From the NCBI GenBank assembly GCA_040219255.1, contig JAVJSW010000073.1, forward strand, positions 1 to 64,000: 64,000 nucleotides of DNA, in the 5' to 3' direction. Positions 52,977 to 62,205 of the stretch are shown piece after piece (within the stretch, counting starts at the first letter, position 1; every line of letters starts with the position of its first letter). The notes under the pieces were generated by a model. It saw only the letters and a program-made list of their open reading frames with translations, was not told where the DNA came from and made no database searches. Made by a program: the position numbers and the translations under genes. Source of the DNA: Sumerlaeia bacterium (GTDB lineage: Bacteria; Sumerlaeota; Sumerlaeia; SLMS01; JAHLLQ01).

Positions 52977-55415
52977 ATGGAAGTCACGTCGCTAGTCAAG
53001 AAGGCGCGACAGTTTTCGAAAGGGTCGGAACTCTTCGAGTCCCGCCGTCAGCGGTCCACGCGTTGGTACGCGCTGACCGGGATTTTTATCGCGACGGTTT
53101 TCATCACCTCGCCGGCGGTGTGGCGAAAACACATCGAGGTGGAGGAGGGCGAGGTCCTGACGGCGCCCATCGTGGCCGAAATGGATTTCGACTATGTGCC
53201 GCCCGACGCCGAGGAAAAGTGGGAGGCGGCGCGTGAGCAATCGCATGCCCGGATTTACGTTTTCGACCCCCGGGTCGAGCGCCAGGCCATCGCCCGCGTC
53301 GAAAAGATCCTTGCCGCGGCCCGCCAACTCAAACCCGAAGCGGTGCAGGACCCGGAAGAATTGCGCATCGCTCTCGAGGCGGCGGACCCGCAGCTGGGCA
53401 TTTGGACCACCGGTGAAATCGTTGGCCTGGCGGGTTTGTCCAAGGACGAACGGTTCGGCGAGCGCGTCCGCAACCTCCTCGAGAACTTTTATTTCCAATA
53501 CGTCGTCGCCGACAGCGCGGTCAAGTACCGTTACCTCAGCGACTTCCGCCGCGCCCAAGTCATTTCGGCGCAGGAGGCGGAGCAGGTCGTCGAGACCGGC
53601 GGCGAGGCTTTGCGTTCCGACGGGGTGCTGGATCGCAGCGCGATCGAACTGCACCGGGTCCTGGAATTCCCCAACGAGGTTCGGCCCCAGCTCCAGCGGC
53701 GCATCGATCAACTGATCCTCGATCTGGCCCGCGGCAATCCGAAGGCTTCGGTTCTCAGGCCGGGGCAGACGGAAGCCGCCAAGCGCCTGATCAACCTGGT
53801 GGTGAAGCCGAACCTGCGCTATGACGCCGAAGCGACGGAACTGGCCAGGGAGAACTTCGAACGGCCCGCCACCTTCGCCCAACCGGTGCCCGAGGGCACT
53901 TATCTTGCCGGCAACGAGTCCACTTCGCCGCAAACCCCGCACGTCATCTCGGCCCGCGAGTCGACGCTGCTGCACGATTACCGCCGCACGTTGCGCCAAT
54001 GGACCCTGATGCAACTCGGCGCCCAGGCCATTTTCGTCCTCATCGCCTTCATTATCGTCGCCTTCTTCGTCCGCAAATCGAGCACCGATCTGAAGTTCAA
54101 CTCGCGCACCATCTACCTGCTTTCCATGCCGGTGCTACTGGCTCTGGGCCTGGGGCGCGTGTTCCTGCTGCTCGGCGACGTTCCCTACATCGGCTACGCC
54201 TTCCCAGCCGGCCTGATCGGCATCCTGGCGGTCTTGCTGATGGATGTCCGGATGGCGCTTTTGCTGGTCACTTGGGGATGCTTGCTGTTCGGGCTGGAGA
54301 CGCGTTTCGAATTCGACTTCGTGCTCGTCGGCCTCTTCGGCGGCTATACCGCGGTGGCTGCGTTGTATACCTTCCGCGAACGGCGCGAGGTCCTTTATGC
54401 CGGGGCCCTGATCGGTGTGGTCAACGCAGCGACGATCACGATCGTCCACCTGATCAACGGCAAGACGGGGACCATTGTGCCGGCGGCGGCGGTGGGCGCG
54501 TTTTCCGGCATGCTGAGCGCTCTGATCGCCTACGCCGTGGCGCCACTTTTCGAATCCGCCTTCCGCATCACGACGGACCTGCGGCTGCTCGAACTCTCCG
54601 GCCTCCAGCACCCGCTGCTTCGGCGCCTGGAGGAAGAAGCCCCCGGCACCTGGCAGCACACGCTCAACGTGACGAAGCTGGCCGAGCCGGCGGCCCAGGC
54701 CATCGGCGCCAACTACCTGCTGGTGCGCGCCGCGTGCCTGTACCACGACATCGGCAAACTCAGCAAACCGGGCTATTTCACGGAAAATCAAACCACGGCG
54801 GAGGAAAAACGCCGGCACGCCCAGCTCTCGCCCCACATCTCGACGCTGGTGATTCTCAACCACGTCAAGGAAGGGGTCGAAATGGCGAGGAAGGCGAGCC
54901 TGCCCAACGCCATCATCGATCACATCCAGCAGCACCACGGCTCGAGCCGCGTGAACTACTTCTACCTGAAGGCCATCAACGAATTCGAGGAAGGCAAGAC
55001 CAAGGACCCGGTGCGCGAAGAAGATTACCGCTACCCCGGCCCCAAGCCCCAATCCATCGAAGCCGCTATCATCATGCTGGCGGACACTGTGGAGGCCACC
55101 GCCACGGCCAAATTGTCCAGCCGCTCTGTCCGCGAAGACGACATTCAGTTGCTGGTGCGCAACGCCATCACCGAGAAATTCAACGATGGGCAGTTCGACA
55201 GTTGCCGCCTGACGATGCAGGACTTGAACGTGATTCGCGAGTCGCTGATCCGGACGCTGAGAAGCCGCTTCCACACGCGGATCGACTATCCGCCCAAGAG
55301 CGGTGGCACGGCAAAAGCGAAAGGCGGAGCGAAGGCTCCCGGCGCGGACGGCCGGGACGGACAGAGCAAAGCGACCCCGCAGAAGGCTCGTAAGGAAATC
55401 GCCACGGCGGGCTGA
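52977..55415 (+). CDS. 7TM-HDIG phosphohydrolase (PgpH-like cyclic-di-AMP phosphodiesterase)
   Basis: N-terminal TM, large extracytoplasmic domain, seven TM segments, then APGTWQH, YHDIGK, QHHG, YPGPKP, MLADTVEA. Conserved position after phoH. Confidence 0.88.
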   Translation: MEVTSLVKKARQFSKGSELFESRRQRSTRWYALTGIFIATVFITSPAVWRKHIEVEEGEVLTAPIVAEMDFDYVPPDAEEKWEAAREQSHARIYVFDPRVERQAIARVEKILAAARQLKPEAVQDPEELRIALEAADPQLGIWTTGEIVGLAGLSKDERFGERVRNLLENFYFQYVVADSAVKYRYLSDFRRAQVISAQEAEQVVETGGEALRSDGVLDRSAIELHRVLEFPNEVRPQLQRRIDQLILDLARGNPKASVLRPGQTEAAKRLINLVVKPNLRYDAEATELARENFERPATFAQPVPEGTYLAGNESTSPQTPHVISARESTLLHDYRRTLRQWTLMQLGAQAIFVLIAFIIVAFFVRKSSTDLKFNSRTIYLLSMPVLLALGLGRVFLLLGDVPYIGYAFPAGLIGILAVLLMDVRMALLLVTWGCLLFGLETRFEFDFVLVGLFGGYTAVAALYTFRERREVLYAGALIGVVNAATITIVHLINGKTGTIVPAAAVGAFSGMLSALIAYAVAPLFESAFRITTDLRLLELSGLQHPLLRRLEEEAPGTWQHTLNVTKLAEPAAQAIGANYLLVRAACLYHDIGKLSKPGYFTENQTTAEEKRRHAQLSPHISTLVILNHVKEGVEMARKASLPNAIIDHIQQHHGSSRVNYFYLKAINEFEEGKTKDPVREEDYRYPGPKPQSIEAAIIMLADTVEATATAKLSSRSVREDDIQLLVRNAITEKFNDGQFDSCRLTMQDLNVIRESLIRTLRSRFHTRIDYPPKSGGTAKAKGGAKAPGADGRDGQSKATPQKARKEIATAG

Positions 55416-55534
55416 GATTTCCGGCCTATCGCGGTAAATCCGATTGTCCCCCCGCTTTTTCGCCTCCAGCGTTTGCTATCCCATTTCCCGGGTGCCGGAA
55501 CCCGAAATCCGAACCGCCACCAGCCGAGACGCGA

Positions 55535-56407
55535 TTGAATACTCCTGACCCGAGCGAATCCACCCGCGAGCAGCAAGAGCCCAAGAGCCCGGGCCATGTC
55601 TCGCCCTGGACCGAAGACGACGCCCGCGCCACCGCGCCCCGCGTCAGCTCGGCCCTCGACGACCCGCCCCGCGGCGCCAGCCTCTTCGAAGTCTTCCGCA
55701 ATCGCTTCATCGCCGGTCTGGTGACCATCGTCCCCATCGTCATGACTGTCTGGGCCGTGACGGTGATTCTGGGTCTGACGGAGCAGGCCTTCGGCGGCGT
55801 GATCCGCAAGCCGGTCCGCGAATTCCTCGCCAGCGTCAACCTGCCCACTCAACTGACCGACACCCTTGTCGTGTTCTTCAGCTTGTTCGTGGCCATCATC
55901 ACCATCGTGGCGGTGGGCTATTTGTCGCGCTTCTTCCTGGTGCGGCGGGTGATTTCGCTCGGCGAAGCCATCGTGACCCGAGTGCCCTTCATCAAGTTTT
56001 TCTACGGCTGGCCCAAGGAAGTCATCAGCACCCTGGCCCAGAAGCGCGAAGGCACCAAACGCGTCGTGATGGTCGAGTACCCCCGAAAAGGCGTTTGGGT
56101 GTTGGCCTATGCCACCGGCGAGATTCGCATGAAGCCGGAAAACAAGACCTTGGTGACGGTGTTCCTGCCGACCACACCGAACCCGACAAGCGGTTTTCTG
56201 CTCCTGGTGCCCGCCGATGAAGTGCGCGACGTCAATGTGGCCGTGGAGGATGCGGTGCGACTGATTATTTCCGCCGGTATTTTGGCCCCGCGCAAGGTCT
56301 CCACGGCGCCCTTCACGGGGCTGGAACACGCGCCCCAGCTCCCCCCGCCGGTGTCCCTGACGCCTCCTGACAACACGGGGACATTCCCCGATTCGTCCGC
56401 GCGCTGA
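55535..56407 (+). CDS. DUF502 membrane protein
   Basis: FIAGLVTIVP, RVPFIK, VVMVEYPRKG, VFLPTTPNPTSGFL, IISAG. Confidence 0.88.
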   Translation: MNTPDPSESTREQQEPKSPGHVSPWTEDDARATAPRVSSALDDPPRGASLFEVFRNRFIAGLVTIVPIVMTVWAVTVILGLTEQAFGGVIRKPVREFLASVNLPTQLTDTLVVFFSLFVAIITIVAVGYLSRFFLVRRVISLGEAIVTRVPFIKFFYGWPKEVISTLAQKREGTKRVVMVEYPRKGVWVLAYATGEIRMKPENKTLVTVFLPTTPNPTSGFLLLVPADEVRDVNVAVEDAVRLIISAGILAPRKVSTAPFTGLEHAPQLPPPVSLTPPDNTGTFPDSSAR

Positions 56408-56516
56408 GGTCGGAACGCAAATCAAGGTGCCATCACCGGTTGCCCACCAGTTGGCGCCGGTTTTTGCTATCCCCAGACCGATAGCAAACCCCGAATCGAT
56501 TGGCGAATCCTCTTTC

Positions 56517-57878
56517 ATGACAGCAAATCTCCTCCTCGTTGACGATCAGCCGGAAGTTCTCGAGGGCCTGGAAATGGCCTTTAACCGCACTGATAACAAC
56601 GTGATAACGGCCAGCAGCGGCGAAGAAGCGATCCACGTTCTCAACAGCCAGGAAGTCGATGTCGTCGTCACCGACCTGAAAATGGACGGCGTCGACGGCT
56701 TTGGCGTACTGCGTCACGCGTTATCGCTCAGCCCCTCGCCAGCGGTCATTATGTTGACCGCCCATGGCACGATCGAGGGCGCCGTGGATGCGCTGAAGGA
56801 GGGGGCGTTCCACTATCTGACCAAGCCGGTGAACGTCAAGGAGCTGCGCGTCCTGGTGGACAAGGCGGCGCAGCACCGCAGTCTGATCCGCGAAAACGTG
56901 CAACTGCGCCAGCAGCTCGACAAGCGCTTCGGACTCGAAGGCATGGTTGGCGACTCGTCCGACATGCACCAACTCTACGACATGATTCGTCAGGTCGGAC
57001 CGACCCGCGCCACGGTTCTGATCACCGGCGAGAGCGGCACTGGCAAGGAAGTGGTCGCGAAGGCGCTGCACAAGAGCAGCCCAAGGGCCAAAAAGGACTT
57101 CGTGGCGGTGCACTGTGCCGCACTGCCGGAGACCCTTTTGGAAAGCGAACTGTTCGGTCACGAACGGGGCGCCTTCACGGGCGCGGTGAGCCGCCGGCCG
57201 GGGCGCTTCGAAATCGCCAGCGGAGGCACACTGTTCCTCGACGAAATCGGCGAAATCCCGCTGTCGATGCAGGTGAAGCTGCTGCGCGTCCTGGAAATGA
57301 GAGAGATCACCCGCGTCGGCGGGAACGAATCGCTCAAGGTGGACGTGCGGCTGGTCGCCGCGACGAACCGCGATTTGGAGGAAGAAGTCGCGGAAGGACG
57401 GTTCCGGGAGGATCTCTACTACCGCCTCAAAGTCGTCCAGATCGTGCTGCCCCCCTTGCGCAAGCGGCGGAGCGACATCCCCCTGCTGGCTCAACACTTC
57501 CTCAAAGAGTTCTCCAAAGAGAACGGCCGGCCCGTGCCGGTGCTCAGCAAAGAAGCCAACGAGAAGTTGCAGACATGGCATTGGCCAGGAAATGTGCGCG
57601 AACTGCGGAACATCATGGAGAACACCTTTGTCTTCCTCAAGGGTGACGAAGTGGGGGCGGACGACCTGCCGCAGTCGCTGCGCGGCGACCGAGAGAAGGT
57701 CGAAGACGGGATTATGATGCCGCTTGGCATGCCTCTTGAGGAGGTGGAGACCCGATATTTGAAGCGGACGCTCAATTCCGTCGATGGAAACCGTACCCGG
57801 GCCGCCGAGATTTTGGGAATCAGCCGCCGGACCTTGCAGCGCCGCATCAAAGAACTCGGGATCGACAGCGGAGGATAA
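56517..57878 (+). CDS. Sigma54-dependent response regulator (NtrC/AtoC family)
   Basis: Receiver domain (VDD, TDLKM, KP), [38 protein letters not shown], Fis-type HTH. Confidence 0.95.
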   Translation: MTANLLLVDDQPEVLEGLEMAFNRTDNNVITASSGEEAIHVLNSQEVDVVVTDLKMDGVDGFGVLRHALSLSPSPAVIMLTAHGTIEGAVDALKEGAFHYLTKPVNVKELRVLVDKAAQHRSLIRENVQLRQQLDKRFGLEGMVGDSSDMHQLYDMIRQVGPTRATVLITGESGTGKEVVAKALHKSSPRAKKDFVAVHCAALPETLLESELFGHERGAFTGAVSRRPGRFEIASGGTLFLDEIGEIPLSMQVKLLRVLEMREITRVGGNESLKVDVRLVAATNRDLEEEVAEGRFREDLYYRLKVVQIVLPPLRKRRSDIPLLAQHFLKEFSKENGRPVPVLSKEANEKLQTWHWPGNVRELRNIMENTFVFLKGDEVGADDLPQSLRGDREKVEDGIMMPLGMPLEEVETRYLKRTLNSVDGNRTRAAEILGISRRTLQRRIKELGIDSGG

Positions 57879-57972
57879 AGTGCCGAAGCGTCGGCGCCAT
57901 CCCCCCATTCCGATCACCACGAACGAGTCGCTTCCAGCGATTCTATAAATCTTTCTACCTAAAGGACCTTCT

Positions 57973-59796
57973 ATGAGTCGATTTGTCTCACAATTTTCCG
58001 CCGTGGCCTTGGCAGCGGGTCTGACCGCTCCCGCCATCGCGCAAAAAGACGTTGCCGAAAAAGACGTCACCCTGACCAACGTTCCCTTGTCCCAGTGGGA
58101 CATCACGCCGGAAACGAACCCTGTCACCGGCTTTGCCCGCGGCCGGGTTTCCTTCAACCAGGACCAGACCGAGATCATCTTCCAGCCCAACGCCACGACG
58201 CCCGGCAACACGTTCGCCTTCATCAGTTCGCCGGTGCTCGACGCCCCGCCCATGGTGGAGCCGGACAAGCCCGGCACGATGGCCGTGGGCATGCGTCTTC
58301 TTTATGAAGCCGACGCCGTGGCCCAAGGCCAATTCGCGCCGTTTATCCGGCTCCGCGCCGGATTGGGCGACAACTTGGGCACCGCGCCCGTCTTCGATAC
58401 CTTCGCCGAATCCCAAGCCACGCAGAACCGCATCGGCGCCGGCGGCAGCGGCCAGCTCGTCGTACTCGTCGATCAGAGCCAGCTCATCAACGGCACCGAC
58501 GGCGACATCCGCTACTTCATCGATTTCATCGCCTTTGGCGAACCGGTCGATCCCAACTACACCGTTCGGATCGTCGGCACCGACCTGCTGGAAATCGAAG
58601 CCGGCGACATCGTCAACTCCGACTCCTCGGTGATTCGCGCCGCTTATGTGGACGACGACCGCCTCTACGTTCACGTCAACGATCTGAGCGACAACCGCAT
58701 CGAAGTGGTCAGCGGCTCCGATGTCGACGATTACGCCTACCGGGGCCGGTTCCTGGTGGTGATCAACGACGACGGCGAACTGTTCGGCTATGACGCCGCC
58801 GTGGGCTTCAACTCGGGCGACCGCTTCGACATCGAAGTGGACTCGGGCGACGAAGTCGTCGGCGCCGCCATCTCGGGCAACTTCGTCTCCTACGTTGAGG
58901 AAGGCGGCCGCACCCGCGTCTTCAACCTCGACAGCAAAACCCAGACGGCCACCATCATCGATCAGGACACGCCGGACATTTCGCCCGACGAAGTCTTCGG
59001 CATCACCGCCGGCGGCGTTCCCGGGTCCTTCATCCTGGTTCTCGAAGACAACGAGAACGATATCGGCGAACGCGATCTCTTCGCCTTCGACGCCAACAAC
59101 CTCGGCGCCGGCGTTCCTCCCATCGCCTCCGATGTGGAACTCGATTACATCCGCACCCTGACCACCAACAACTCCCGCAACGCGAACGATATCGGGTTCT
59201 TGAAGGGCGCCACCCAGGACAGCACGGTCTTCGCGGCCTACGTCGCCGACGACGTCCTTTATGTCCACCTGGACGCGCCCACCAGCACCCGCAACGATAT
59301 CGCCGAAGCGGACGAATTGACGGACTACGTTTACAACGGAGCCTTCATCGCCATCGTCGATAATGACGGCGCCCTAGGCTTCTACGACGCCACGGAAGGG
59401 TTCGCCGATTCGGACTTCACAGAGATCGAGCCCGACGGCGGCGTCCTCGCCGTGGCTATCGGTCAAGACTATTTGGTCTACACGGACGACGATAACCGCG
59501 CCCGCCTCGTGAATCTGGCGACCTTCCCGCAGACCCCCGCCGGTTCCAGCACCAACCGCCCGGTTCTGATCTCCTCCGACGATCTCTATGGCATCGGCGT
59601 CGGCGGCGACGGCAGCACCTTCCTCGTGTTCACCGATGAAGGCAGCGGCGATGTGGGCATCCAGGCCTACGACGCCGAGACCGGCGATCCGGCGAACCCG
59701 AGTCTTGTCACGCTGACGGACTCGGCGGACCTGAACCTAGTTCGCTACAACACCACGGGCGCCTCCTACAACGCCCGCGGGAGCTTCTTCCGCTAA
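57973..59796 (+). CDS. Secreted acidic beta-rich protein with a tandem approx. 199-aa duplication
   Basis: Signal peptide (..APAIA/Q), AAGGA RBS, strongly C-ending codons, repeats beginning at 58621 and 59218. Confidence 0.8.
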   Translation: MSRFVSQFSAVALAAGLTAPAIAQKDVAEKDVTLTNVPLSQWDITPETNPVTGFARGRVSFNQDQTEIIFQPNATTPGNTFAFISSPVLDAPPMVEPDKPGTMAVGMRLLYEADAVAQGQFAPFIRLRAGLGDNLGTAPVFDTFAESQATQNRIGAGGSGQLVVLVDQSQLINGTDGDIRYFIDFIAFGEPVDPNYTVRIVGTDLLEIEAGDIVNSDSSVIRAAYVDDDRLYVHVNDLSDNRIEVVSGSDVDDYAYRGRFLVVINDDGELFGYDAAVGFNSGDRFDIEVDSGDEVVGAAISGNFVSYVEEGGRTRVFNLDSKTQTATIIDQDTPDISPDEVFGITAGGVPGSFILVLEDNENDIGERDLFAFDANNLGAGVPPIASDVELDYIRTLTTNNSRNANDIGFLKGATQDSTVFAAYVADDVLYVHLDAPTSTRNDIAEADELTDYVYNGAFIAIVDNDGALGFYDATEGFADSDFTEIEPDGGVLAVAIGQDYLVYTDDDNRARLVNLATFPQTPAGSSTNRPVLISSDDLYGIGVGGDGSTFLVFTDEGSGDVGIQAYDAETGDPANPSLVTLTDSADLNLVRYNTTGASYNARGSFFR

Positions 59797-59837
59797 GACC
59801 GAGCAAGGACATCACGGGCTCCAGCAGCCCGAAGACC

Positions 59838-59865
59838 GAGCCGCCTCGTACAACCGGGGCGGCTC
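59838..59865. terminator. Hairpin between convergent genes
   Basis: GAGCCGCCTCG-TACAAC-CGGGGCGGCTC. Confidence 0.55.
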
Positions 59866-61423
59866 AGTCTATTTTACCCCAACCGCCGCCGCCAGGGGTC
59901 TCGACCCGCAGGCGGTCGCCGGGGCCCAGCTCCAGCGTCGCGCAGCCCTCCACCGGCTCCTCTCGCCCCCCGGCCCGGCGCACGGTCTGGCGCCCCACGG
60001 CCCCCGGCTCGCCCCCGTCGGCGCCATAGGGCGCCTCGCCGCGGTGCTGCGTGATGAGCGAAATGGAAACCGGTTCGAGGAACTCGTACTCGCGCACGAG
60101 GCCCTCTCCGCCGCGCCAGCGCCCCGCCCCGCCCGAGCCCTCGCGCAGATGGAACGCCCGCAGCCGCACGGGAAAGCGCTGCTCCAGGACCTCTGGATCC
60201 GTGATCTTCGTGTTCGTCATGTGGACCTGAACGCCGTCGGCGCCGCGGAATCCGCCCCCCGCTCCGGCGCCGCCCCCGATGGTTTCGTAGTAGCCGAACC
60301 GTGCGTTGCCGAACAAGACGTTGTTCATCGTTCCCTGGCCACAGGCGCCCAGCCCCAGCGCTCGGATCAGCGCATCCACGAGGCGCTGGCTCACTTCCGT
60401 ATTGCCACCGCCGACAGCCGGCGCGCCGGCGGGGTCCGTGAACCCGGGATTGAGCAAGCAGCCCGGTGGCAGGGCGAGCTGGACCGGGTGGAGAAAGCCC
60501 TCGTTCAGCGGCAGGTCTTCGCGCACCATCAGCCGCAGTACGTAGACCACGGCGCTGCTGACGATGGCTGGTGTGGCGTTGAGGTTGCGCGGATGGACGG
60601 CGCCGGTGCCGGCGAAGTCGAAACGCGCGGACCCATCGGCCTCAAAGGCAATGGCCACCGCGATGGGCGAGCCATCGTCCAACCGCTCGACGGCTTCGGC
60701 GCGCATTCCGGCGCGCATTCCGGCGCGCTCGGCCAGCACGGCCCGCACGCGGCGCTCCGAGAGGGCCTTCAGGTCCTCCATGCGCCGGTGGATTTCGGCG
60801 GTTCCGAACTCGCGGCAGAGGGCGCGCAGAGCCGCTTCGCCCCGCTTGTTGGCGGCAACGGCGGAGCGCAAGTCGGCGAGGTTCTGCTCTGGAGCGCGGC
60901 TGGGCCAGGGCCCGGCCCGGAGGAGGTGCTCCATTTTGTCCCACTGAGGTGCGCCGCCCTCGATCAGGCGAAAGGGCGCGATGGCGATGCCTTCCTCGCT
61001 AAGGCGGGTGGCGTCTGGGGGCATGGACCCGGGGCGAGTGCCGCCCAGCTCGGCATGATGGGCGCGGTTCGCGACGATGCCAAGGAGGGCGCCGCCCGCT
61101 TCGTCGAACACTGGCGTAATGACTGTAATATCAGGCAAATGCGATCCGCCAAAGGCGGGGTGGTTGGTGACGAAAACATCGCCCGGATGGGGCTCCAATT
61201 CGGCCAGGACCCGCCGCACACAAAGGCTCATGGCGCCGAGATGCACCGGAATATGCGGCGCGTTGGCGATCAGTTCCCCCGCCGGATCGAGCAGCGCGCA
61301 GGAATAATCCAGCCGCTCCTTGATATTCGTCGAGATGGCGGTGCGCCGCAGTTGCTCGCCCATCTCCTCGGCGATGGCGCGGAAGCGATTGGTGAACAAT
61401 TCCAGCTCGACGGCTTCGATCAT
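59864..61423 (-). CDS. Hydantoinase B / 5-oxoprolinase C-terminal half
   Basis: [69 protein letters not shown]. Confidence 0.92.
   Translation of the reverse strand: MIEAVELELFTNRFRAIAEEMGEQLRRTAISTNIKERLDYSCALLDPAGELIANAPHIPVHLGAMSLCVRRVLAELEPHPGDVFVTNHPAFGGSHLPDITVITPVFDEAGGALLGIVANRAHHAELGGTRPGSMPPDATRLSEEGIAIAPFRLIEGGAPQWDKMEHLLRAGPWPSRAPEQNLADLRSAVAANKRGEAALRALCREFGTAEIHRRMEDLKALSERRVRAVLAERAGMRAGMRAEAVERLDDGSPIAVAIAFEADGSARFDFAGTGAVHPRNLNATPAIVSSAVVYVLRLMVREDLPLNEGFLHPVQLALPPGCLLNPGFTDPAGAPAVGGGNTEVSQRLVDALIRALGLGACGQGTMNNVLFGNARFGYYETIGGGAGAGGGFRGADGVQVHMTNTKITDPEVLEQRFPVRLRAFHLREGSGGAGRWRGGEGLVREYEFLEPVSISLITQHRGEAPYGADGGEPGAVGRQTVRRAGGREEPVEGCATLELGPGDRLRVETPGGGGWGKID
60697..60728. 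repeat. In-frame 12-nt tandem duplication
   Basis: CGGCGCGCATTC x2.7, encoding [10 protein letters not shown] on the minus strand. Confidence 0.7.
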
Positions 61424-62205
61424 TTCGGTTTGAGCATCTTCCCGGCAACGTTGCGGATCCAGGGCTTGGGAAAGAACCGCAGGGAAAACGCCCGCAGGTT
61501 CGCGAAGAGCCCATCGGTGCGTACCACGCGGCCCGCCTCGTAGGCATCCAGCGCCCGCCGCACGCAGTCTTCCGCGGGCACGAGCCGGCGCTTGCGGAAT
61601 TGCGTCGGGCTGTCGGCTTTCTCGTGGAATTCGCTCTCCGTGGGGCCGGGGCAGAGCGCCATGACGCGCACGTTGTAGGGCCGCATCTCGACCGCCATGG
61701 CTTCGGAAAAGCTCGTCAGATAGGCCTTCGTCGCCCCGTACACGGCCAGGTAAGGGCAGGGCTGGAATCCGGTGATCGAGGACACGTTGATGATGCCACC
61801 GGCCTGATGGCGCGCCATCATCTTGCCGATCTCGTGCGACAAAATGGTCGCCGTCTCGACGTTCAGCCGCACCATATCGACCAGCGTCATCAGGTCCTGC
61901 TCGACCACGGCGCCATACTGGCCAAAGCCCGCATTGTTCACCAGCAGCGCCGGGATCAGCCGGTGCTCCTCCAGGTAGTCCAGCAGCGTTTTCGGCCCGC
62001 CCTGGGCCACCAGGTCCGTGGCGAGGACGTGGACGGTGCGGCCCTGCTCGGCCCGCAGCCGCTCCGCCAGTTCCTCCAGCCGTTCCTTGCGCCGCGCCAC
62101 GATCAGCAAATCGTAACCCCGCGCCGCCAAATCCCGCGCGAACGCGTGCCCCAGGCCCGAGGACGCCCCCGTCACGACTGCCAAGCCTTTGTCCTCATTT
62201 GCCAT
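61420..62205 (-). CDS. Short-chain dehydrogenase/reductase
   Basis: TGASSGLG, NNAGFG, NVSS, YGATK, LCPGPT. Confidence 0.92.
   Translation of the reverse strand: MANEDKGLAVVTGASSGLGHAFARDLAARGYDLLIVARRKERLEELAERLRAEQGRTVHVLATDLVAQGGPKTLLDYLEEHRLIPALLVNNAGFGQYGAVVEQDLMTLVDMVRLNVETATILSHEIGKMMARHQAGGIINVSSITGFQPCPYLAVYGATKAYLTSFSEAMAVEMRPYNVRVMALCPGPTESEFHEKADSPTQFRKRRLVPAEDCVRRALDAYEAGRVVRTDGLFANLRAFSLRFFPKPWIRNVAGKMLKPK

Noticed and set aside
56451-56467. Sigma54 promoter upstream of the NtrC-type gene (TTGGCGCCGGTTTTTGC)
   Set aside because: Spacing is one base too long for a -24/-12 promoter.
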